56,042 nucleotides of DNA from Chlamydiales bacterium. Its GTDB lineage: Bacteria; Chlamydiota; Chlamydiia; Chlamydiales; SM23-39. Below the pieces are notes generated by a model. The model was not told the origin of the DNA, did no database searches, and saw only the letters and a list, made by a program, of their open reading frames with translations. The translations under genes and the position numbers were made by a program. Below, piece by piece: positions 1-8,440 of the stretch; the stretch's first letter is position 1; the number at the start of each line of letters is the position of its first letter. The stretch covers positions 1 through 56,042 of the forward strand of contig DATIIR010000058.1 of NCBI GenBank assembly GCA_035479435.1, in the 5' to 3' direction.

Positions 1-1
1 G

Positions 2-247
2 CTCAGCGGCATTGTGACGTTTAAGAAGAGCGAGGCGTTGCGAGAAGTGGCGAAGATGGCGCCGCTGAAGCAGTTGCTGATCGAAACGGACACTCCCTAT
101 CTCGCTCCCCAGAGTCGCAGAGGCAAGCCAAACGAGCCCTCCTTCTTGCCCGAAACGGCCCACCACATAGCCCAAGCCAAAGGGATTTCGCCCGAAGAAG
201 TGGCCCGCGCGACCTTCGAAAACGCCTCCCGCCTCTTTTCCATGTAA
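2..247 (+). CDS. TatD-family hydrolase/DNase, C-terminal fragment (5' end lies outside the window)
   Basis: The frame is open to the window edge. TDTPYLAPQSRRGKPNEP and the ...FENASRLF tail are typical TatD/YcfH motifs. The last Met and the TAA stop lie inside palindrome 242-260. Confidence 0.75.
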   Translation, partial: LSGIVTFKKSEALREVAKMAPLKQLLIETDTPYLAPQSRRGKPNEPSFLPETAHHIAQAKGISPEEVARATFENASRLFSM

Positions 248-259
248 AGCCGCTTTACA
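243..259. repeat. Iterated palindrome copy a (TGTAAAGC-C-GCTTTACA)
   Basis: Read directly. Symmetry extends over 242-260. The copy overlaps the tatD-like stop codon. Confidence 0.9.
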
Positions 260-261
260 TT

Positions 262-404
262 GGTGTTGTTGCATAAATCAAATTAACCACCGAGATCACC
301 GAGAGCACCGAGGGGATTTTAGGTCCTTTTTCCTCTTCTCGGTGATCTCGGTGTGCTCGGTGGTTATTAAACCGTCTCACAGCGAAGAATTATGCAACAA
401 GGCC
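262..404 (-). mobile_element. MITE-like hairpin element, copy 1 (inverted relative to copy 2)
   Basis: Termini are GGTGTTGTTGCATAA...TTATGCAACAAGGCC. Internal arms carry 3x CACCGAG facing 3x CTCGGTG. The reverse complement matches 34576-34719 with about 4 differences. No target-site duplication (TSD) is visible. Confidence 0.8.
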
Positions 405-510
405 GATAGGTTGATCTTTCTATCGAAACTGTGGAACGGCCATTCTGGGTTAAAAAAGAAGGTTGTCAAATAGTGCCATAGAGATTAAAAAATCTCTTTA
501 GGGGGCGTGT

Positions 511-1305
511 ATGACCGGCCGCATGGAGACGATTTCGCACACATTCATTTGGCGCAGAGTCCATTCATTGATGGGACTGTGGCTCGTCCTCTATTTGTTC
601 ATCCACTTGATCGTCAATTCGCAGGCGACGCTTTGGCTCGGCGAAGATGGGATCGGCTTCATCAGATTGGTCAATATCCTCGAGGCGTTGCCTTATTTGC
701 AGGTGGTCGAGATTACGCTGATCGGCATTCCATTGGTGGTGCATGGTTATTGGGGCGTGAAGCGGATTTTTGAGGCGAAGAACAATGCGGGGCGGGGGAA
801 TGGAGGCGCGCCTTCGTTGCCGTACGGGCGGAATCGGGCCTTTAGGTGGCAGAGATGGACTTCGTGGATCTTGCTGGTGGGCATTGTTGGCCACGTGGTG
901 CAGATGCGCTTTGTGCAGTTTCCACGAGAGGTAGAGGGAAGGTACGTCGTGGAGGTGGGACGCGATGCGGGGCTCGCTTCTTTGGCCGAGAGGATCGGCG
1001 TGAGGATTGAGGGAGAGGGCGATTGGGTGTTGGCGTCGGCGCCGTCGCCCGGGAAGGCGATGTTGTTGATGGTGCGCGAGACGTTTAAGAGTTTTCCGAT
1101 GTGCGTGTTCTATACGATCTTTGTGTTGGCTGCGGCGTTCCATGCGTTCAATGGATTTTGGACGTCGCTGATCACGTGGGGAGCGCTTTTGTCTTATAGG
1201 TCGCAGAGGGCGGTCATCCCGCTTTGCTGGGTGGGCGTGGGCGTGCTTGCGTTCTTGGGCTTGGCTGCCATTTGGGGCAGCTACTGGTTGAATCTTCGGT
1301 CATGA
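511..1305 (+). CDS. sdhC: Succinate dehydrogenase cytochrome b subunit (b558-type membrane anchor)
   Basis: Multi-TM protein directly upstream of sdhA and sdhB. The N-terminus (HTFIWRRVHSLMGLWLVLYLFIHL) resembles chlamydial/Bacillus-type SdhC. Confidence 0.8.
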   Translation: MTGRMETISHTFIWRRVHSLMGLWLVLYLFIHLIVNSQATLWLGEDGIGFIRLVNILEALPYLQVVEITLIGIPLVVHGYWGVKRIFEAKNNAGRGNGGAPSLPYGRNRAFRWQRWTSWILLVGIVGHVVQMRFVQFPREVEGRYVVEVGRDAGLASLAERIGVRIEGEGDWVLASAPSPGKAMLLMVRETFKSFPMCVFYTIFVLAAAFHAFNGFWTSLITWGALLSYRSQRAVIPLCWVGVGVLAFLGLAAIWGSYWLNLRS

Positions 1306-1432
1306 TGGATATTAACCCGAGAGGTCAATAGGTGGTAACAATCGGCGCTAGCGAGACAAAGCCAGATCGAAGCGAAGCGCTCCGAACGACGAAGGGCCAT
1401 AGCCAAAGGCTAGGCCGAGGAGGAGGATCGAT

Positions 1433-3364
1433 ATGGCGAAGTCGCAGCAAGCCGATTGTCACCTATTGACAGCTCGGGTTAATAAGAAGAGGAAAGAGGT
1501 GATCGTTGTCGGAGGGGGATTGGCGGGACTTTCGTGCGCCATGAAGTTGGCCGAAAAGGGGTGCCATGTCAAGCTGATCTCGGTGACGAAGGTGAGAAGG
1601 TCCCATTCGGTGTGCGCGCAGGGAGGGATCAATATCGCGGTCAACTTGAAGGGAGAGGACGATTCCCCGATCATCCACGCGTACGACACGATCAAGGGGG
1701 GAGATTTTTTGGCCAATCAGCCTCCGATTCTGGAGATGTGTTTGGCGGGGCCAGGGATTTTGCGGATGATGGACCGGATCGGCTGCCCATTCAACCGGAC
1801 GCCGGAGGGGCATGTCGATTTTCGCCGGTTTGGTGGGACTCTTTACCACCGGACGGCGTTTTGCGGCGCGTCGACAGGGCAACAATTGCTCTATTCACTC
1901 GATGAACAGGTGAGAAGGTTTGAAGCAACGGGGTTGGTGGAGAAGTTTGAGAATCACGAGTTTTTGCGACTGATTCTGGATAGCGAAGGGAGAGCTCGCG
2001 GGATTGTCATGCACGATCTGTTCAATTTGAAATTGGAAGTGCTCAAGGCAGACGCAGTGGTGATCGCGACGGGTGGATTGGGCCTCATTTATAAGAAATC
2101 GACGAATTCCACCTTCTGCACGGGAGCGGCGAATGGCAGATTGTATATGCAGGGGATGAAGTATGCCAATGGAGAGTTCATCCAAATCCACCCGACGTGC
2201 ATCCCGGGCAATGACAAAATGAGGCTGATTTCCGAATCGGTGCGGGGCGAAGGGGGGCGCATATGGGTGCCTGGCAATTCGTCGAAGTCGATTCGATTCC
2301 CCGACGGGAAGATGAGGCCTTGCGGCAAGACGGGAGAGCCGTGGTATTTTCTCGAGGAGATGTACCCCGTTTTTGGCAACTTGGTGCCGCGCGATATCGG
2401 CTCTAGAGAGGTTTTGCGCGTGTGCGAATTGGGGCTCGGCGTCGATGGGAAACTGCAGGTCTACCTCGATATCACTCACCTGCCCGCTGAGAACCAACAT
2501 AAATTGGAGTCGGTTCTCGATATCTATCAGAAATTCACGGGCGATGATCCGCGCAAAAAACCGATGAAAATCTGCCCGGGGGTCCACTATACGATGGGTG
2601 GGGCGTGGGTCGATTGGCCGTCCGCCGATGATCCCGATCGATGGAGCCGTTTTAGGCAGATGACCAATCTAACGGGCTGTTTCAACATCGGCGAATCGGA
2701 CTACCAATACCACGGCGCGAATCGCCTCGGCGCCAATTCCCTCCTCTCGTGCATCTTCAGCGGCCTTGTGGCGGGCGTTGAGGTGCCGAGGTACATCGAT
2801 TCGCTTTCTACGAGCTATGCAGAGACTCCCGAGGAGGTCTATCGCGATGCGCTGGCGATCGAGCAGCAGATGCAGCGGAATCTACTGAGTTGTGATGGCC
2901 CTGAAAATGTGCACAAACTGCACGATGAACTCTCCGATTGGATGGTTCTCTACGCGAGTGTAAAGAGAGACAATGCCGATCTCGAAAGGGCGATGGAAAA
3001 GATCAAAGAGATCCGCCAGCGCTATGAAAATATTGGCCTTGGGGATCGGGGGACAGTGTTGAATCAAACGTACGTTTTCGCGCACCAATTTCGGGCGATG
3101 TTAGAGGTGGCTTTGGTGATCGTAAAGGGCGCACTGCTGCGCAACGAATTTAGAGGGGCGCATTTCAAACCCGAATTTCCCGAACGAAATGATGCAGATT
3201 GGTTGAAAACCACGATTGCGACTTACGCTCCAGAAGAGCCGGTGATGAGTTATGAACCAGTTGACACGCGCCATCTCGATCCGGTACAGAGAGCCTATGC
3301 GCAGGTCAAAACCGGTAAACCGACTTTGAAGAATATCCCCAAAAATATACAACTGCCTCTGTAA
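1433..3364 (+). CDS. sdhA: Succinate dehydrogenase flavoprotein subunit
   Basis: FAD-binding VIVVGGGLAGLS, plus HSVCAQGGI and HYTMGG motifs. 643 aa with a GAGGAGG RBS. Confidence 0.95.
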   Translation: MAKSQQADCHLLTARVNKKRKEVIVVGGGLAGLSCAMKLAEKGCHVKLISVTKVRRSHSVCAQGGINIAVNLKGEDDSPIIHAYDTIKGGDFLANQPPILEMCLAGPGILRMMDRIGCPFNRTPEGHVDFRRFGGTLYHRTAFCGASTGQQLLYSLDEQVRRFEATGLVEKFENHEFLRLILDSEGRARGIVMHDLFNLKLEVLKADAVVIATGGLGLIYKKSTNSTFCTGAANGRLYMQGMKYANGEFIQIHPTCIPGNDKMRLISESVRGEGGRIWVPGNSSKSIRFPDGKMRPCGKTGEPWYFLEEMYPVFGNLVPRDIGSREVLRVCELGLGVDGKLQVYLDITHLPAENQHKLESVLDIYQKFTGDDPRKKPMKICPGVHYTMGGAWVDWPSADDPDRWSRFRQMTNLTGCFNIGESDYQYHGANRLGANSLLSCIFSGLVAGVEVPRYIDSLSTSYAETPEEVYRDALAIEQQMQRNLLSCDGPENVHKLHDELSDWMVLYASVKRDNADLERAMEKIKEIRQRYENIGLGDRGTVLNQTYVFAHQFRAMLEVALVIVKGALLRNEFRGAHFKPEFPERNDADWLKTTIATYAPEEPVMSYEPVDTRHLDPVQRAYAQVKTGKPTLKNIPKNIQLPL

Positions 3365-4137
3365 TGGAAAATAGATACACACTCCGCATTTTGAGAGGCA
3401 CGACAGGCCACCAATATTGGGAGGAATTTGAATTTGAGCGCCACCCACAAGCGAATGTGATTTCGTCTCTCATGGAGATCCAAAAAAGGCCGATCACGAA
3501 AGAGGGAAAAACGACAACGCCTGTGGCTTGGGAATCGGGCTGTTTGGAAGAGGTGTGTGGTTCTTGTTCTATGCTTGTGAACGGAAAGCCGCGCCAGGCG
3601 TGTACCGCTCTCATCGAGACCTATTTGAAAGAGGCGGGACACAAACCGATTGTTTTGGCGCCATTTACGAAGTTCCCTCTGATCCGCGATCTCGTAGTGG
3701 ATCGGACATCGATGTTTGAGTCGCTGAAAAAGATCCGGGGATGGATCTCTGTCGACGGATATGAAGATAATGGGCAATTTGGCCCGCCGATTAGCCCCGA
3801 AGTGCAAGAGGCGATGTATGTTCTCTCCACTTGCATGACGTGTGGATGTTGCACCGAATCTTGCCCACAAGTGAACGCTAAATCGGACTTCATGGGCCCA
3901 GCTGCGATGTCGCAAGTGCGCTTTTTTGACGCGAATCCCACGGGAAAAATGGAGAAATCGGAGCGGATGCGAGTGGCCATGAGCGAAGAGGGCATCGCCG
4001 GCTGCGGCAATGCGCAAAACTGCGTCCGCGTCTGCCCAAAAGGAATTCCGCTGACCGAGTCGCTCGCCCTCATCGGCAGAGAGGCATCCAAGCAGGCCAT
4101 CAAAGACTTTCTCAGCCTGCCCGACGCTGAAAAGTAG
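3364..4137 (+). CDS. sdhB: Succinate dehydrogenase iron-sulfur subunit
   Basis: Cys clusters CxxxxCGSC, CMTCGCCTESCP and CxxCxxxCP. The start overlaps the sdhA stop (TAATG). Confidence 0.93.
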   Translation: MENRYTLRILRGTTGHQYWEEFEFERHPQANVISSLMEIQKRPITKEGKTTTPVAWESGCLEEVCGSCSMLVNGKPRQACTALIETYLKEAGHKPIVLAPFTKFPLIRDLVVDRTSMFESLKKIRGWISVDGYEDNGQFGPPISPEVQEAMYVLSTCMTCGCCTESCPQVNAKSDFMGPAAMSQVRFFDANPTGKMEKSERMRVAMSEEGIAGCGNAQNCVRVCPKGIPLTESLALIGREASKQAIKDFLSLPDAEK

Positions 4138-4320
4138 AAATTAATCTTGCGTTAAGAGAGAATTGTTCCTCTCTGTTGTTAGGGACACCCTGGGCACCCT
4201 ATGCCCCTCAACGATGTTCTCAGCTAGGGGATCACGACGCCAGACGCGACCCGAGCGGTCCCTCTGGGAAGCGGTCCCACCTATAAGAAAAAGGTTGACT
4301 GAGCTAGTGCCAGGACCCTT

Positions 4321-4893
4321 TCAACGGAGTTTTATCAACTCTGTCGCCTGTCTGTGGGGCTTCGCAATCCAAGAATCTAGGTCGAATTCTTCCATGTAAA
4401 GCCGCTTTACAATGGTCTCTTTCAGCTTCTGAATCAATGTGTTAGGACTTAAACTGTGAACTTTTAGGCGGGTTAGAAAGTCGCTGTGAGAGCGATCTTT
4501 TCTGTATTGCGGCCTCTTTTCGGGAAGGCGAAGGTGGGCCATGTTTTCTTCGGAGTAATCCCACAAAAACGAGGTGTGGTGGAGCCACCGGTCTTTCTTG
4601 ATGTACTGCGCGTTGCCTCCACATTTTTTCTCCCCGATGCAATAGTCGTTTTCTCTGAGGTGAAACTGGGGAATTTTCCAGGCGTCTCTGTAGAGATCTG
4701 CAGACCAGCGGAGGATCGGCTCGGGGAAGGGGGCGACGTCAATGTGTTCTTTAGCCATGATGAAGGTGATGAAGAGGGTGTTTTCGTCGACGATGACGGT
4801 GCCGCCGCCGCTAAAGCGCTTGATGATGGGGATCTGATCCCGTTCGACCGTGGGGAGATTGAGCAGCGCTTCTGGCTGACCAGAAATACCCAT
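4321..4893 (-). CDS. Lipoate-protein ligase (LplA/LipM) family protein. Coordinates are the minimal ATG ORF; the true N-terminus probably extends to about 5016-5031.
   Basis: FSGGGTVIVDENTLFITFI and KKCGGNAQY motifs. The same frame upstream of the ATG reads KIHLIHLNGVPIFEQLQLEEALLR, a typical N-terminus for the family, with no ATG/GTG/TTG available. Confidence 0.8.
   Translation of the reverse strand: MGISGQPEALLNLPTVERDQIPIIKRFSGGGTVIVDENTLFITFIMAKEHIDVAPFPEPILRWSADLYRDAWKIPQFHLRENDYCIGEKKCGGNAQYIKKDRWLHHTSFLWDYSEENMAHLRLPEKRPQYRKDRSHSDFLTRLKVHSLSPNTLIQKLKETIVKRLYMEEFDLDSWIAKPHRQATELIKLR
4395..4411. repeat. Iterated palindrome copy b
   Basis: TGTAAAGCCGCTTTACA lies inside the lplA-like ORF and is translated as IVKRLYM. 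Confidence 0.9.
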
Positions 4894-5017
4894 GACGATG
4901 GCGCGGGGCGAGCCCTGATTGATGATGCAAAAGCTCCTCTCGTCCGAGCGGAGGAGGGCCTCTTCCAGCTGCAGTTGTTCGAAAATGGGGACGCCGTTGA
5001 GATGGATGAGATGGATC

Positions 5018-5386
5018 TTAGGTTGCGGAATAGGCGATCTCCACGATGTCTTCGACGGGTACGATTTGCGTTTTGTTTCCCTGGTTGGAGAGATATTTGA
5101 CGAGGAGGAGAGTGCCTCCGGTGGTGGCCGATAGGTCGGTGACGTTGTAGAACTGCATGCCGCCGGTGGTGCGGATGACGATTTTCATCGTGGGCTTATC
5201 TCTGCGGAGGTAATCGAAGGCTTGGATGTAGTCGCTTCCGCGCACTTTGGGGTCGATCACGATGACACATTTGGCGCCGGGCGCAGGAGTAGCAGCGACG
5301 GCAACGGCGGCGGGAGTGGGAGGCGTTGGCGCCGCTTCTTGGGCGAGAAGGGGGGCAACGAGGAGCAAAAGCGAGGCGTATTTCAT
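5018..5386 (-). CDS. Small secreted hypothetical protein (signal peptide plus Pro/Thr/Ala linker)
   Basis: MKYASLLLLVAPLLAQEAAPTPPTP...; 4-bp overlap with the upstream regulator gene. No recognisable domain. Confidence 0.6.
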   Translation of the reverse strand: MKYASLLLLVAPLLAQEAAPTPPTPAAVAVAATPAPGAKCVIVIDPKVRGSDYIQAFDYLRRDKPTMKIVIRTTGGMQFYNVTDLSATTGGTLLLVKYLSNQGNKTQIVPVEDIVEIAYSAT

Positions 5387-6279
5387 GGGGTCTCCTGATC
5401 GAGGGAAATGATGAGATTGGTTTCTGAGTGGGTTTTTAACGATTTAGCGGCCGATGCGATCATCTTGCTGAATCCTTTTTCGCTCGCTTCTAAAGAAGAG
5501 ACGGCGATCGATACGGTGAGGTGTTTGGGTCCGCTCCGGGTCAAAAAGGGGTGCTGTTGGATCACATTGCGCAATCTCTCTGCGACTAGATGAGCTTTAT
5601 CCACCTTCATATTCGATAAGAGGACGACGAATCCCCCTTCCGATGAGGGAAAAAGGAGGTCGTTTTTGCGCAAAAAACTGTTCACGAACTCGGAGAAGAG
5701 GGGATGGATCTCTTCTAGATTTAAATCTTTGTGCTGGTCGATGCGCATCAGCAGAAGCGCTACGGGGATGTTCCCATTTTTGGCAGCGGCGAGCAGGCGC
5801 ACCGCTTGGTCGTTGAGGACAAATTTATTTTTCAGCGATGCAGTGCCGATCTTTGGGGCTTTGATAGTGAGGGCGAGATCTTCCGTTTTCTGGCGAGAAG
5901 AGGCATTTTTTTTCCCCGAGGCGATGCGGAGGCGCAATTCCTCTATATCCAACTGATCGCTTAAGAAATCGGTGACGCCCGATGCGAGGGCCTCATCGCG
6001 ATACGACTTTTTCAGCCGTCCTGTGACGAGCAAAATGGGGACGAGCCCTTTCTGGGTCAATTTACTGATCTGTCTGCACAGATCCAGCGCATCGCACGCC
6101 TCGAGCTCGGCATCGACGATGATGAAGTCGAGCCGCGCATTGAGGGCATCCAGCGCTTCCTCCGCCGTCTCTGCGTTGATGATGAAGAAATCGTCGTCGA
6201 GGTGTTTTTTAACCCAAAAGCGGATGGAGGGATTGTCCGTAATCATCAAAAGAGTGGGGAGTCTCAATTGCTTCGACAT
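5383..6279 (-). CDS. Response regulator with a receiver domain and a degenerate GGDEF-like domain
   Basis: REC domain: LLMITDNP...IIVDAELE...PILLVTG...K. The C-terminal domain has the GGDEF-domain layout, but the signature reads SSEGGF. Start chosen at MSKQ (6279), preceded by an AGGAG RBS. The longer ORF to 6390 would overlap mnmG. Confidence 0.75.
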   Translation of the reverse strand: MSKQLRLPTLLMITDNPSIRFWVKKHLDDDFFIINAETAEEALDALNARLDFIIVDAELEACDALDLCRQISKLTQKGLVPILLVTGRLKKSYRDEALASGVTDFLSDQLDIEELRLRIASGKKNASSRQKTEDLALTIKAPKIGTASLKNKFVLNDQAVRLLAAAKNGNIPVALLLMRIDQHKDLNLEEIHPLFSEFVNSFLRKNDLLFPSSEGGFVVLLSNMKVDKAHLVAERLRNVIQQHPFLTRSGPKHLTVSIAVSSLEASEKGFSKMIASAAKSLKTHSETNLIISLDQETP

Positions 6280-6289
6280 AACTCCTCTT

Positions 6290-8140
6290 TTACCTCTTTT
6301 GCAGCGCAATGAGCAAGATGGAAATATCGGCGGGGGTAATCCCGGAGATGCGCGATGCTTGGCCGAGGTTTTCGGGCGTGAAGCGGGCAAACTTTTGGCG
6401 CGCCTCGGTCCTCAATCCAACGACTTGGTCAAAGGGGAAGTCTCTCGAGATGCGCACGTTGTCGAGATCTTCCAGTTTGGCGATGTCTTTTTTTTGCCTT
6501 TCGATGTAGCCGGCATATTTTAAATAGAGTTCAATTTGCACATTTACGTCGGGGCCAAAGTCGACCATCTGATCGGGATAACTCCTCAACGCCTGCTCAT
6601 AGGTCCAGTCGGGCCTGCAGATCAGCTGCGCCAAACTCGTTCCTCTGCCATCGATGGTCTTAAAGACTTTGCTCAACCTTGCCGTTTCACTGGCGATCGT
6701 CTCTTGTTTCTGGATCGCCCGATCGTACTGTTCTCTACTGACCATTCCCAATTCATAAGCGAGAGGGCGCAGCCTGAGATCGGCGTTGTCTTGTCTCAGC
6801 AACAACCGGTGTTCCGCTCTACTCGTAAACATCCGATAGGGTTCGCTTAAATCAAACCGAATGAGATCATCGATCATGACGCCGATGTAGCTATCGCTCC
6901 GCTTCATGACGAACGGCTCTTTGCCCAAACACTTACATGCTGCGTTGATCCCCGCGATCAGCCCCTGCCCTGCCGCCTCTTCATAGCCTGTCGTCCCATT
7001 CACTTGCCCTGCCAGGAAGAGCCCCTCGACCCGCTTGGTCTCCAGCGTAGGATAGATCTGATCGCTTTTGACGAAGTCGTATTCAATTGCGTAAGCTGCC
7101 CGCATCACTTCGGCCTTCTCCAGCCCCACGCAGCTATGGATCAGATCCAACTGCACATCGAACGGCAGCGACGATGAGATGCCATTGACGTAGACCTCTT
7201 CGGTTGTCAGCCCTTCGGGTTCCAGAAAGATCTGGTGTCTATCTTTATCGGCAAAGCGGACGACTTTGTCCTCGATGGACGGGCAATATCTGGGGCCCAC
7301 GCCTTTGATCGTCCCGCTTCCGTACATTGGCGAGCGGTGTAAATTCTGCCGGATGACCTCGTGTGTTTCAGGCGTTGTGTAGGTGATGTGGCAAGGAATC
7401 TGCGCCATTCGCTCTTCGGGCTCATCGTACGAGAAAGAGACCCCCTCATCGCCATGCTGCACTTCACACTTGGAGAAATCGATGCTCCTCCTATTGATTC
7501 TGGGCGGCGTCCCCGTCTTCAGCCTTCCCAACACGAAGCCGAGCGACTCCAGACACGGACTCAGTCCCATGGCCGCCTTATCGCCCCCCCGTCCCCCCGA
7601 GAAATTCGTCTGGCCGATATGTAGTAGTCCCCGCATGAACGTGCCCGACGACAAGATCACGCACCGCGCCTGGTACTCGATCCCCTCCTGTGTCCTCACG
7701 CCCACCACCCGGCCCCCTTCTACCACCAGCGACTCGGTCGTCCCCTGTTTGATCTCCAGATTCGCGCATTTTTCCAACCGAAACTTCATCTCTTGCGCGT
7801 ACATCGTCTTATCGGCCTGTGACCGGGGCGATCTCACGGCCGGCCCCTTGGAGGCGTTCAGCATCCGGAACTGGATGCTTCTCCGGTCGGCCACCTTCCC
7901 CATCAGTCCGCCCAGCGCGTCGATCTCTCTCACGATGTGCCCCTTGGCCGTCCCCCCGATCGACGGGTTGCAGCTCATCTTGCCGATCGTGTCCAAATTC
8001 ATCGTCAAGAGCACAGTTTGCGCCCCCATCCGGGCAGCCGCGTGCGCCGCTTCACAGCCCGCGTGGCCAGCGCCCACTACCAATACGTCAAAAATTTTTG
8101 GATATTTCCACATATAAAAAAACCCCTGCCAAAAGTTCAT
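6290..8140 (-). CDS. mnmG: tRNA uridine 5-carboxymethylaminomethyl modification enzyme MnmG (GidA)
   Basis: FDVLVVGAGHAGCEAA FAD motif and full-length similarity pattern. An alternative start is MWKYPKIF at 8113. Confidence 0.95.
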   Translation of the reverse strand: MNFWQGFFYMWKYPKIFDVLVVGAGHAGCEAAHAAARMGAQTVLLTMNLDTIGKMSCNPSIGGTAKGHIVREIDALGGLMGKVADRRSIQFRMLNASKGPAVRSPRSQADKTMYAQEMKFRLEKCANLEIKQGTTESLVVEGGRVVGVRTQEGIEYQARCVILSSGTFMRGLLHIGQTNFSGGRGGDKAAMGLSPCLESLGFVLGRLKTGTPPRINRRSIDFSKCEVQHGDEGVSFSYDEPEERMAQIPCHITYTTPETHEVIRQNLHRSPMYGSGTIKGVGPRYCPSIEDKVVRFADKDRHQIFLEPEGLTTEEVYVNGISSSLPFDVQLDLIHSCVGLEKAEVMRAAYAIEYDFVKSDQIYPTLETKRVEGLFLAGQVNGTTGYEEAAGQGLIAGINAACKCLGKEPFVMKRSDSYIGVMIDDLIRFDLSEPYRMFTSRAEHRLLLRQDNADLRLRPLAYELGMVSREQYDRAIQKQETIASETARLSKVFKTIDGRGTSLAQLICRPDWTYEQALRSYPDQMVDFGPDVNVQIELYLKYAGYIERQKKDIAKLEDLDNVRISRDFPFDQVVGLRTEARQKFARFTPENLGQASRISGITPADISILLIALQKR

Positions 8141-8169
8141 TCGGAAGGGGCCCTAAAACGACAGATCAA

Positions 8170-8259
8170 TTAGCTTTTCTTGTGGCGATCGCGACGGCGT
8201 CTTTTTTTACGCTTGTGACGGGCGATTTTCGCACGCCGTTTTTTCTTAACTGAGGCCAT
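8170..8259 (-). CDS. 29-aa highly basic micro-ORF resembling ribosomal protein bS22 (AURKAIP1/COX24-like family)
   Basis: Hand translation gives MASVKKKRRAKIARHKRKKRRRRDRHKKS*. It is below the ORF-track length cutoff and lies immediately upstream of mnmG on the same strand. Confidence 0.5.
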   Translation of the reverse strand: MASVKKKRRAKIARHKRKKRRRRDRHKKS

Positions 8260-8392
8260 ATTTTACCCTTGAGTTCCAAAGAATGAACACAGTTTAAGGG
8301 ATCGGACCCAAAAAGTAAAGGCCGAGATGGAATTTCCCCCCTTTTCTAGAGAGACTCCGTAAGTAATTGACAATAAGTAACTTGTTTTGTTA

Positions 8393-8421
8393 TTGAAAAA
8401 CATATTAAAATATGTTATAAT
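8393..8421 (+). promoter_or_regulatory. Sigma-70-like promoter (TTGAAA-N17-TATAAT) with an embedded operator-like palindrome
   Basis: TTGAAA at 8393-8398, a 17-nt spacer, and TATAAT at 8416-8421, about 20 nt upstream of the ATG at 8441. The spacer is AACATATT-AA-AATATGTT. Confidence 0.5.
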
Positions 8422-8440
8422 TACTTCGAAGGAAGGTAAT

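Noticed and set aside
284-365. The CACCGAG/CTCGGTG heptads repeated at 9-bp spacing looked superficially like a short repeat array or CRISPR.
   Set aside because: The period is far too short and there are no spacers. The repeats form the two arms of the MITE hairpin. No cas genes are present.
565-1143. Many long ORFs lie antisense to, or out of frame with, clearly identified genes. Examples are 565..1143(-), 9972..10973(+), 18378..19475(+), 25303..26052(+), 50548..51777(+) and 54741..55586(+).
   Set aside because: They are shadow ORFs of GC-rich coding regions. Their translations are low-complexity (Arg/Gly/Asp/Val-rich) with no motifs, and each is fully covered by a gene with strong family signatures.
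4154-4180. A possible sdhB terminator hairpin AGAGAG-aattgttc-CTCTCT is followed by GTTGTT.
   Set aside because: The stem is only 6 bp of AG/CT and the U-tract is poor. This is too weak to call.
4180-4320. A tRNA-like TAGCTCAGT string and GCGGTCCC direct repeats occur on the minus strand of the sdhB-lplA spacer. They could have indicated a tRNA or small RNA.
   Set aside because: No cloverleaf can be folded: there is no matching D-stem, T-arm or acceptor stem. I could not identify any RNA family by eye, so the region is left unannotated.
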